Source: an uncultured Actinomycetes bacterium
GTDB taxonomy: Bacteria > Actinomycetota > Actinomycetes > Streptosporangiales > Streptosporangiaceae
Assembly (NCBI GenBank): GCA_963801155.1
Contig: CAWDEB010000026.1
Coordinates: 24,038-88,037 of the forward strand
Length of the DNA stretch: 64,000 nucleotides
Direction: 5' to 3'
Shown in pieces: positions 46,607 through 55,283 of this stretch. Each line of letters opens with the position of its first letter. The first letter of the stretch is position 1. The position numbers and the translations under genes were made by a program. The notes beneath the pieces were generated by a model. That model saw nothing but the letters and a program-made list of their open reading frames with translations. It ran no database searches and was not told where the DNA came from.

Positions 46607-47324
46607 ATGGGTGAGCCGTCCCGCACGGCCCGGCCATGCTGCGAGGGCGGGCCCTCGGACGCGACCGCGCTGCTGGCCGGCGCGATCGCCTATGCGCTGG
46701 GCGCGTGCGCGCAGGTCGCGCCGGGGGAGATGACCCGGCCCACGCCGTGCCCGGACTGGGACCTGGCGGCGCTGCTGGCTCACCTGGCCGCGTCAATGTC
46801 CGACCTGGAATCGGCCATCCGCACCGGGCACCTCGACCTGCACCCCAATGGGCCCCAAGGACCCCAAGGACCCCAAGGGCCCCAAGGGCCCGACGAGCCC
46901 GGCGGACCCGGCACGGCCAGCCACCGGCCCCGGGGGCCTCGACGGCGGTGACCCGGTGGAGGCGCTCCGCGACCAGGCGGCGAACCTGCTGTTCTCGTGC
47001 TACGCCCACCACGGGCCCGGCCGTTTCGTCCTCGTGGGCGGCCTGCCGCTGCCCGCGGTCATCGTGGCCTGCACCGGAGCCGTCGAGATCGCCGTGCACG
47101 GCTGGGACGTCTCGGCGGCCCGGGGCCGCGGCGGCCCGATCCCGCCCGCGCTGGCCACCCGGATGCTCGGCTTGTGCCCGTTGCTCGTGGCGTCCCGCGC
47201 CGGCCTCTTCGCCCCTCCTGTGGGGGTGTCACCGCAGGCCAGCCCAGGTGACCGGCTGGTCGCCTACCTCGGGCGCAGCCCCGCAGCGCCTCCTGCACCT
47301 TTCGAACGAGCCATTACCGACTAG
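46607..47324 (+). CDS. DinB/MDMPI-N-like (TIGR03086-type) metal-binding protein with (GPQ)n insert and a frame disruption
   Basis: GGGAGGT precedes GTGATG. N-terminus ..PTPCPDWDLAALLAHL... The second half comes from ORF 46848..47324 (GAVEIAVHGWDV, ..GDRLVAYLGR). The frames switch between about 46850 and 46950. Confidence 0.65.
46843..46887 (+). repeat. 9-bp tandem repeat (CCCCAAGGR) x5 encoding GPQ repeats
   Basis: CCCCAATGG GCCCCAAGG ACCCCAAGG ACCCCAAGG GCCCCAAGG lies inside the CDS. Confidence 0.9.
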
Positions 47325-47329
47325 ACTTG

Positions 47330-47343
47330 TTACTGGTGAGTAA
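47330..47343. promoter_or_regulatory. candidate operator upstream of fadA-fadB
   Basis: TTACT-ggtg-AGTAA is an inverted repeat in the only AT-rich stretch (CTTGTTACTGGTGAGTAATTTCTTC) between the upstream stop and the fadA RBS (AGGGGAGG). Confidence 0.25.
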
Positions 47344-47368
47344 TTTCTTCAGTCAGGGGAGGCTGAGC

Positions 47369-48557
47369 ATGCCTCGTATCGCACGTGACGTCGTCTTCGT
47401 GGACGGCGTTCGCACCCCGTTCGGGAAGGCCGGGCCGAAGGGCCTGTACGCCGAGACCCGGGCCGACGACATGGTCGTCAGCGTGATCCGCGAACTGCTG
47501 CGGCGCAATCCCGCGCTGCCGCCGGAGCGGATCGGCGACGTGGCCATCGCCGCCACCACCCAGACCGGCGATCAGGGCCTGACCATCGGCCGCAGCGCGG
47601 CGGTCCTGGCCGGGCTGCCGAAGTCCGTCCCCGGGTACGCCATCGACCGGATGTGCGCGGGCGCGATGACCGCCGTGACCACGGCCGCCGGGTCGATCGC
47701 CTTCGGCGCCACCGACACCGCCATCGCGGGCGGCGTGGAGCACATGGGCCATCATCCGATGGGTTCCGGGGCCGACCCGAACCCCCGGTTCATCTCCGAC
47801 CGCCTGGTCGACCCGTCCGCGCTGGTGATGGGCTCGACGGCGGAAAACCTGCATGACCGGTTCCCGGAGATCACCCGCGGCCGGACCGACGCCTACGCGC
47901 TGGACAGCCAGCGCAAGGTCGCCGCGGCCTACGCCGCGGGCCAGATCCAGCCGGACCTGGTGCCGGTCGCGATCCGCAGCACGGAGCTCGGCTGGGGGCT
48001 GGCCACGGTGGACGAGCCGCCGCGCCCGGACACCACGCTGGAGGCTCTGGCCGGGCTGAAGACGCCGTTCCGGCCGCACGGCCGGGTCACCGCGGGTAAC
48101 TCCGCCGGGCTGAACGACGGCGCCTCCGGCTGCGTCATCGCGGCCGCGGACGTGGCCGCCGAACTTGGGCTGGGCGCCAGGATGCGGCTGGTCGACTTCT
48201 GCTACGCCGGGGTAGGCCCCGAGGTGATGGGCATCGGGCCAGTGCCGGCCACCGAGACCGTGCTGGCCCGCAACGACCTGACCATCGACGACATCGGGCT
48301 GATCGAGATCAACGAGGCGTTCGCCGTACAGGTCCTCGCGTTCCTCGACCACTTCAAGATCGCAGACGACGACCCGCGGGTGAACCCGTGGGGCGGCGCG
48401 ATCGCGGTCGGTCACCCGCTCGCCTCCTCCGGCGTCCGGCTGATGATCCAGCTGGCCCGAGAGTTCGCCGAGCAGCCGAACGCCCGTTTCGGCCTGACCA
48501 CGATGTGCATCGGGCTGGGCATGGGCGGCACCGTCTTGTGGGAGAACCTCAATGTGA
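47369..48557 (+). CDS. fadA: acetyl-CoA C-acyltransferase (thiolase); no in-frame stop as written
   Basis: MPRIARDVVFVDGVRTPFGKAG.., active-site region DRMCAGAM, NEAFAVQVL, GGAIAVGHPLASSG and CIGLGMGGTVLWEN. The frame stays open past 48557 into fadB. The nearest stop is an out-of-frame TGA at 48555-57. Confidence 0.85.
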
Positions 48558-50621
48558 TTGGACAACTCGGATCTCACCTCCCTGTACCCGGAGGAAGTAC
48601 TCACCAGGGCTCTGGTCCGCGACGTAGAGCTGCCGGACAGGGCCGGGACCATGGCCCTGATCACCCTGGACAACGGGTACGACTACACGCGGCCGAACAC
48701 CTTCGGCCCGGCGGGCCTGCTCGCGCTGCGGGACGCCCTGGCGGAGGTGGCCGGCCGGACCGACATCGCCGCGGTCGGCGTGACCGGCAAGCCGTTCATT
48801 TTCGCGGCCGGCGCCGACCTGGGCGTCGCCGCGCTGATCAGGTCGCGGGACGAGGCTCTGGCCGTGGGCCGGCTGGGGCAGAGGTGTTCCGCCGGTTCGG
48901 CGAGCTGAGCGTGCCGTCGTTCGCATTCGTCAACGGCGCCGCGCTCGGCGGCGGCCTCGAGCTCGCACTGCACTGCTCCTACCGGACGATCTCGTCGGGC
49001 GTCACCGCGGTTGCGTTCCCCGAGTGCTTCCTCGGCCTGGTGCCCGGCTGGGGCGGCACCTTCCTGCTGCCGCGCCTGATCGGCCCGGCCAAGGCGCTGA
49101 AGCTCATCATCGAGAACCCGCTCAGCCAGAACCGCATGCTGGGCGGAGCCCGAGGCCTTCTCGCTCGGCATCGCCGACGCCATGTTCGAGCCCGCCGACT
49201 TCCTGGCCGAGTCGCTGCGCTGGGCCGCCCGGGTCCTGAACGGATCGGTGAGCGTCTCGCGGGCTCCTCTCGAGGGGGACTGGGACGAGGCCGGGCCGCG
49301 GGCGAGGTTCTTCGCCGACGGGAAGCTGCACGGTGCTGCGCCCGCGCCGTACCGGGCCATCGAGCTGGTCGCCGCGGCCCGCGGCCGGACCCGTGACGAG
49401 GGGTTCGCCGCCGAGGACGAAGCGCTCGCGGACCTGCTGCTCAGCGATGAGTTGCAGGCCGGGCTGTACGCGTTCGACCTGACCCAGAAGCGGGCCCGTC
49501 ACGCGGCGGGCGCCCCGGACAAGTCCCTGGCCCGGCCGGTCACCAAGGTCGGCGTGGTGGGCGCGGGCCTGATGGCCGCGCAGATCGCGCTGCTGTTCGC
49601 GCGGCGGCTCGAGGTCCCGGTGGTGCTGACCGACCTGGACCAGGCGCGGCTGGATTCCGGCGTCGGCCATGTGCACGGCGAGATCGCCAAGCTGGCCAGC
49701 CGCGGCCGGATCGGCGCGGATGCGGCCGCGAGGCTGACCGCGCTGGTGACCGGGTCGCTGACCAAGGACGCGTTCGCGGACGCCGACTTCGTGATCGAGG
49801 CGGTATTCGAGGAGATCGCGGTCAAGCAGCGGGTGTTCGCCGAGGTCGAGGCGGTGGTCCGGCCGGACTGCGTGCTCGCCACCAACACCTCCTCGCTCTC
49901 GGTGACCGAGATGGCCGCCGGGCTGGCCCATCCTTCGCGGGTCGTAGGGTTCCACTTCTTCAATCCGGTGGCCATGATGCCGCTGGTGGAGGTGGTGCGC
50001 GGCGCCGCTACCGATGACGCGGCGCTGGCCACGGCGCTGGCCGTCGGGAAGGCGCTGAAGAAGAACTGCGTGCTGGTCAAGGACTCGCCCGCGTTCGTGG
50101 TCAACCGCCTGCTGACCAGGTTCCTCGGCGAGATCCTCAGCTGCGTCGATGAAGGTACGCCAGTCGAGGTGGCCGATCACGCCCCCGACCCGCTAGGCCT
50201 GCCGATGTCCCCGTTCCTCCTGCTCCAGCTGGTCGGCCCGGCGATCGCGCTGCACGTCACCGAGACGCTGCACACGGCCTTCCCCGACCGGTTCGGCGTA
50301 TCGCGGAAGCTCCGCGCCCTGGTGGCGGCGGGCCATACGGCTCTCTACCGGCCCGACTTCTCCGTCGACGAGTCCGTCGCGGTCCTGCTGGCCGGGGGGG
50401 ACCGCCCGTCCACCCCTGAGCAGGTGCGCGAGCGGGCCCTGGAGGCGCTGGCCGAGGAGATCAGGCTGATGCTCGACGAGGCGGTGATCGTCGCCCCGGA
50501 GGACATCGACCTGTGCATGATCCTCGGCGCCGGCTGGCCCTTCCACCTCGGCGGGATCACGCCCTACCTGGATCGCAGCGGCATCGCGGAAAAGGTCACC
50601 GGCACCCGGTTCCACCTGTAA
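48558..50621 (+). CDS. fadB: fatty-acid oxidation multifunctional enzyme: enoyl-CoA hydratase + 3-hydroxyacyl-CoA dehydrogenase (two frame disruptions, about 48875 and 49145)
   Basis: ORF 48558..48908 (crotonase N-part), the thiolase-frame segment (FAFVNGAALGGGLELALHC, GLVPGWGGT) and ORF 49182..50621 (VGVVGAGLMAAQIA, NTSSLSV, HFFNPV). Confidence 0.85.
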
Positions 50622-50705
50622 CCCCCGGGGGGACGATCCCCCCCAGACCCCCCCTGCTCTTGGGGGGAAACCGTTCCCCCCAAACCCCCTCGGCCCCCTG
50701 GGCCT
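50622..50705 (+). repeat. G6/C6-tract palindromic element copy (intergenic)
   Basis: CCCCCGGGGGGACGATCCCCCCCAGACCCCCCTGCTCTTGGGGGGAAACCGTTCCCCCCAAACCCCCTCGGCCCCCTGG. It shares its core with 53461-53510 and, reverse-complemented, with 36040-36098. Confidence 0.8.
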
Positions 50706-50720
50706 GGATAGGGTGGCGGG

Positions 50721-52352
50721 ATGACACCGGTGTTCAGGCTCTGCGATGACTACGTGACGCGGTGGGCGGCGCTGGATCCGGTCGCCGCGGGGATGCAGGG
50801 CCTGACCAGCGTGTTCGGCGCGGCCACCAACTACGGCCCGGATGGTTTCGCGGCGCGGGCTGAGCTCATCACCGCGACGCTGGACGCGCTCGAGCCGATG
50901 AGCCTGACCTCGGATGCCGACCGGCTGGCCGCCGGGTTGCTGCGTGAGCGGCTCGAGGCTCAGCTGGCCTGGCATCGGTGCGGCGAGCCGCTCCGGCTGC
51001 TGCGGGCGCCGATCGGCCTGGTCAGCGTGATCAGGGACAGCGTGGACCTGCTGCCGCGCGACGGCGACGACGGCTGGCGGAACATCGCGGCGCGCCTGGC
51101 CGCCATCCCGGTCATGTTCGCGAGCTGGCGAGCCAGCCTGGACGCCGGGCTCGGCCAGGGCCTGACCGCCGCGCGCAGGCAGGCGGTGCAGGCCGCGGTG
51201 GCCGCCGATCACTGCGTGGGAAGCCATGACGCCCTGGTCGCCTCCTACGGTGACGGCCCGCTCGCGGCCGAGCTCGCGGCGGCCGCCGCGCAGGCCTACC
51301 GCGGGTACACGGAGCTGGCCCGCTACCTGCGTGAGGACTACGCGCCGCGGGCCACGCAGGTGGACGGCGTTGGGACCGACCGGTACGCGGTCGCGGCCCG
51401 GCTCAACCTGGGCGCGGACATCGACCTCAAGGAGGCCTACGAGTGGGGCTGGGCCGAGCTGCGGCGGATCGAAGTCGAGATGGCCGCCGAAGCGGACGCC
51501 ATCAGTCCCGGCGCGAGCGTGGAGGAAGCGACGGCCATCCTCAACGAATCCGCCTACGTGACCGGAGAGGACGCGTACCTGGCCTGGCTCCAGGACCGGC
51601 ACGACTGGGCCATCGAGCAGCTTGACGGCGTGCACTTCGACATCCCCGCCCCGCTGCGCAGAATCGAGGTGGTCCTCGCCCGCGGCTCGACCTCGGGGGC
51701 GGCCTACTACACCGGGCCCAGCGAAGACCTGTCCAGGCCTGGACGTACCTGGTGGCCGCTGGGCGGCCGGGACCCCCAAGGGCGATTCCAGACCTGGGCC
51801 GAGCTGTCCACGGTCTTCCACGAGGGCGTCCCCGGTCACCACCTGCAGGTCGGCGCGGCCAGGACCGCCGGGGACAGGCTGTCGCGGTTCGCGAAATCCA
51901 ACTTCGTGAGCGGCCACGGGGAAGGCTGGGCCCTGTACGCCGAGCGCCTCGCCGATGAGCTGGGCTGGTTCGCCGAGCCGGGCACCCGGCTGGGCATGCT
52001 CGGCGGATCGGCGTTCCGCGCCGCGCGGGTGGTCATCGACATCGGCGTCCACCTGGACCTGCCCCTGCCCGACGGCTCCCGGTGGAGTTTCGAGCGGGCC
52101 TGTGAGGTACTGAGCAAGTCGGGCCGCGGCGAGCCGCACCGGATCCAGGCCGAGGTGGTCCGCTACTTCGGCTGGCCGGGCCAGGCCATCTCCTACAAGC
52201 TCGGCGAGCGCGGCTGGCTGACGGCCCGGGCCGAGGCGATGCGGCGTCCCGGTTTCGACCTGAAGCGCTGGCACACCGCCGCGCTGAGCCTCGGGCCGAT
52301 CGGCCTGGCCGGCCTGGCCGACGCGCTGGCCGGCGCCGACCTGAACCGGTAG
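50721..52352 (+). CDS. DUF885 family protein (metallopeptidase-like HExxH variant)
   Basis: 543 aa with ..VFHEGVPGHHLQ.. and EGWALYAE, typical of DUF885. Confidence 0.8.
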   Translation: MTPVFRLCDDYVTRWAALDPVAAGMQGLTSVFGAATNYGPDGFAARAELITATLDALEPMSLTSDADRLAAGLLRERLEAQLAWHRCGEPLRLLRAPIGLVSVIRDSVDLLPRDGDDGWRNIAARLAAIPVMFASWRASLDAGLGQGLTAARRQAVQAAVAADHCVGSHDALVASYGDGPLAAELAAAAAQAYRGYTELARYLREDYAPRATQVDGVGTDRYAVAARLNLGADIDLKEAYEWGWAELRRIEVEMAAEADAISPGASVEEATAILNESAYVTGEDAYLAWLQDRHDWAIEQLDGVHFDIPAPLRRIEVVLARGSTSGAAYYTGPSEDLSRPGRTWWPLGGRDPQGRFQTWAELSTVFHEGVPGHHLQVGAARTAGDRLSRFAKSNFVSGHGEGWALYAERLADELGWFAEPGTRLGMLGGSAFRAARVVIDIGVHLDLPLPDGSRWSFERACEVLSKSGRGEPHRIQAEVVRYFGWPGQAISYKLGERGWLTARAEAMRRPGFDLKRWHTAALSLGPIGLAGLADALAGADLNR

Positions 52353-52369
52353 ACCCTACACACGGGGGC

Positions 52370-52822
52370 TCAGGGGACGATGCACACGACCGCGATGGTC
52401 GCGGCGTGCCGGGCGCTGACGGTCACCGACAACGGCTGTGAGCAGGTCTGCTCCACGGTCTTGCCCGAGCTGGTAACGGTTTCGATGTCCGGGGAACGGC
52501 CGGCTACGCGGTAGCGGCCGGGCGGCAGCCAGGCCGAGAACTTCCCGGCGGTCCCGACCCCGACCGAGACCGGCCGGTGCCCGGCCGCGGTGAAGGTGAC
52601 CGTGCCGGGAATGGGCCGCTCGCCCGGCTGCCGCCCGCCGGTACCGATCGGCCCGCCCTCGATAAGCAGCCGGCCGGTCACGTGGCCGGCCGCCCGAGCC
52701 TGGTTACCCGCGGCGTGCCCGGATGCGGGGTGCTCGGCCGCGCCCGCGGCCGCGCCCGCGGCCGTGCATCCGGTCAGCAGCAGGGCCACCACCAGGCAGG
52801 CGCAGGCTCGCAGCTGGCTCAT
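52370..52822 (-). CDS. lipoprotein, unknown function
   Basis: Signal peptide with a lipobox (VVALLLTGC), then a beta-rich about 120-aa domain. Confidence 0.65.
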   Translation of the reverse strand: MSQLRACACLVVALLLTGCTAAGAAAGAAEHPASGHAAGNQARAAGHVTGRLLIEGGPIGTGGRQPGERPIPGTVTFTAAGHRPVSVGVGTAGKFSAWLPPGRYRVAGRSPDIETVTSSGKTVEQTCSQPLSVTVSARHAATIAVVCIVP

Positions 52823-52940
52823 GATTCCCCCTCGTATCGATGACTGGCTCTTTGACGCGCCCGCCCGCCCCGGGGTTGCGGCGTCTAGGCTCGTGCTGAA
52901 ATGTGATCACCCCGGTCCGCCCTGCCTCAGGAGGTCAGCG

Positions 52941-53240
52941 ATGGCGTCGTATGAGTCCGCTTCGCGCTCAGAAGCGGATCGCGATCTCGCGGCCCTGGCC
53001 GTCGTACTGCGGGACATCCGGAACGGTGACCGCCTGGCCGGCCGCGATGCGCCGCAGCCCGGCCCAGCAGCCGCCGCCGCTCGTCACGGCCGGGGCCGCT
53101 ACGGTGGCACACCCGCGTCCGTGTCCGGCGAGGCTCCCGCCTCGCCGGCCCGCCGAGCCGCTAGGGTTTCCTGGTGGCCGAGCGGACAGCCAGCGTCACT
53201 GAGAAACGGGCGGCTCATGCCGACGTCAGCCCGGTCCTGA
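52941..53240 (+). CDS. possible short ORF, or the displaced N-terminus of the following gene
   Basis: A strong RBS (AGGAGGTCAGCG) precedes ATG 52941 (MASYESASRSEADRDLAALAVVLRDIRNG..). The later part is Arg/Pro/Ala-rich and unconvincing. It overlaps the 53174 ORF in another frame. Confidence 0.25.
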   Translation: MASYESASRSEADRDLAALAVVLRDIRNGDRLAGRDAPQPGPAAAAARHGRGRYGGTPASVSGEAPASPARRAARVSWWPSGQPASLRNGRLMPTSARS

Positions 53241-54130
53241 TCCGGTGCACCGCGCCGGACGCGCTGTCCAACCTCGTCGCCGTCCTGGAACTGGGCGCCG
53301 ACGGGCAGTTGGGGTGCAGCGCCGCCACCAGGCGGCCATCCGCGGCGACCGTGAAGCTGGTCGAGGATGTCCTCGTAGCGGGGGATTTCTACGGCGCCCG
53401 CGAGCCCATCGCCGCGTTCGCGTGGCCGCTGCTGATCCAGATGGGAGGGCTGGCAGTGTTGGCCCGGGGGGACGACCCCCCGGCCAGACCCCCCCGAGGG
53501 GGCATGGCCGGAACCCGGCTCGAGCTCTCCCCGCGCGGCCGGGCGACGCTGGCCAGGCCGTCCTACGACGCGCTCGGCGCGCTGTGGGCAAGGTGGCTGG
53601 GGAGCGTGTCGACCGACGAGCTGTCCCGGATCGACGCCATCAAGGGGCAGCGCAGGCCCGCCACCTTGACCTCTGCCGTCACCCGGCGCGCCGCGGTCGT
53701 CGCGGCCCTGGCCACACTGGAACCCGGCGCCTGGACGGGCACCGGCAGGCTGCTCGGTATTCTCCGGGCCCAGCGGCCGCCGCTGGTGGCGGCGAGGAGC
53801 CTGCGGGCGCTGTGGCGGCTGTACGTCATCGACTCCTACCACGGATCCCTCGGCCACGCCGGCTCGCGGGCCTGGGATCTCGTCGAGGGCAGGTACGCGC
53901 TGTGCGTGCTCTTCGAGTACGCGGCCACCGTCGGCCTCCTCGATGTGGCCTACGCCGACCCCCGCGGCGCACGCGACGATTACCGTGCCCTGTGGGGTGC
54001 GGACCAGCTCAGCTGCCTGTCCCGCTACGACGGCCTGGTCGCGGTCCGGGTCAACGAGCTGGGCGCCGCCGTGCTGCACGACCCCGGGGCCCTGCCCGGG
54101 CTGGGCCTGCCCGTCCCGCGCCGGGCGTGA
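53174..54130 (+). CDS. hypothetical protein carrying an in-frame G6/C6-element insert
   Basis: 318-aa ORF with protein-like composition (..LWARWLGSVSTDELSRIDAIKG.., ..LCVLFEYAATVGLLDVAY..). No family recognised. Confidence 0.55.
   Translation: MAERTASVTEKRAAHADVSPVLIRCTAPDALSNLVAVLELGADGQLGCSAATRRPSAATVKLVEDVLVAGDFYGAREPIAAFAWPLLIQMGGLAVLARGDDPPARPPRGGMAGTRLELSPRGRATLARPSYDALGALWARWLGSVSTDELSRIDAIKGQRRPATLTSAVTRRAAVVAALATLEPGAWTGTGRLLGILRAQRPPLVAARSLRALWRLYVIDSYHGSLGHAGSRAWDLVEGRYALCVLFEYAATVGLLDVAYADPRGARDDYRALWGADQLSCLSRYDGLVAVRVNELGAAVLHDPGALPGLGLPVPRRA
53461..53510 (+). repeat. G6/C6-tract element copy inside the CDS, in frame
   Basis: GGCCCGGGGGGACGACCCCCCGGCCAGACCCCCCCGAGGGGGCATGGCC encodes ARGDDPPARPPRGGMA and is flanked on both sides by TGGCC. 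Confidence 0.75.
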
Positions 54131-54244
54131 TCCGGGATCCTGGTCGCAGGGCGGATGTTCGCCCGAGACCCGGTGCAGCATTAATAAAGGCCCGGCGCGT
54201 CCCAACCAGAAGCCGGGCTGATCCGTCATAAGTTTGGGTGGGAG

Positions 54245-55208
54245 ATGACGAAGCGATCAGATGGAGGCGACATGAAGCGGTCATGGCTGACCCGCGGGGG
54301 ACTCGCGGCGTGCCTGGCCCTGCTCCTGCTCATCCCGGCGACGGCGGCCTGCTGCGGCCCCGGCCGGCGACGGACCGCCCGGGTTCTGGTGGGGCACGGA
54401 CAGCTTCCCGGTCTCGGTACCGGGCAGCGCGCCGTACAGCATGCCGTACCTGGGCGGGGCTTACGGCGGGTACATCGGGATGACCGGGAACTGGGCGTAC
54501 TGGCTGGGCTGCAAGGGCGGCTTCATCGCCTTCTCGGCGACCAACGCGGCGCAGGCGCACACCAACTTCACCCAGTACGACAAGGGCGTCGGCGTCGGCG
54601 CGTACTGGTTCATGGGCGGGCCGGGCGTGGACCCGCACTACAACGGGACCACGACCGAGGCCTCCGCATGGGGTGCGGCGCAGGCGGCCCGGGCGCTGTC
54701 CGACATCGCGAACGGCGCCTTCGACTACAAGGTCGTCTGGATGGATGTCGAACTGCCGGGCATCAAGCCCGCGCCGGACAACGGATGGAACAACGTCTAC
54801 ACCTCAGCGTGCAGCGGAGTGATCAAGAAGAGCGGCATCCCGGCGGCCGTGGACCGCGCCGATTTCAACGGGTTCGCCAACTACGTCACCGCTCACTCCT
54901 CGTACAAGGTGGGCGTCTACTCCACCGCGAGCGTCTGGACCTCGATCTTCGGCACCGGGACGGACTCGCTGATCCCGAACACCTACGAATGGACCTACGA
55001 GCCTGAGACCACCAACTACACCGGCGCCTACCCGTATGGCTGGTGCCTGAACCACGGATCCGGCCCGTGCGCGCAGTTCTTCGGCGGCCAGACCAGCTCC
55101 AGCAGCCACGCGCTCATGTGGCAGTGGTCCGGCGGCGGCGGCGTCACCAACGGCATCGGCGGCTTCAACGGCGACCTCGACCAGATCGACTCGAGCCGGC
55201 TGGGCTAG
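54245..55208 (+). CDS. secreted protein, possibly GH25/DUF1906-like glycoside-hydrolase fold (frame disruption about 54360-54440)
   Basis: Signal peptide MKRSWLTRGGLAACLALLLLIPATAA. The body comes from ORF 54441..55208 (VVWMDVELPG, KVGVYSTASVW, ALMWQWSGGGG..GDLDQID). It resembles lysozyme-like TIM-barrel proteins only loosely. Confidence 0.55.
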
Positions 55209-55218
55209 CGGGCACCAC

Positions 55219-55255
55219 GGCCCGTTCGGCTCAAAGATTTTATACCGAACGGGCC
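55219..55255. terminator. bidirectional hairpin between convergent genes
   Basis: GGCCCGTTCGG-(15-nt AT-rich loop ctcaaagattttata)-CCGAACGGGCC is a perfect 11-bp stem. Confidence 0.6.
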
Positions 55256-55283
55256 GAAGTGCGTGCGGCGGGTTCTAGCGGGC

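Noticed and set aside
50193-52274. 693-aa minus-strand ORF covering the DUF885 gene, the repeat element and the end of fadB. Also 59457..61034(-), which bridges the ManC/PMM gene, the leader and the FHA gene.
   Set aside because: No protein-like motifs. Both cross obvious intergenic regions and are antisense to conserved genes.
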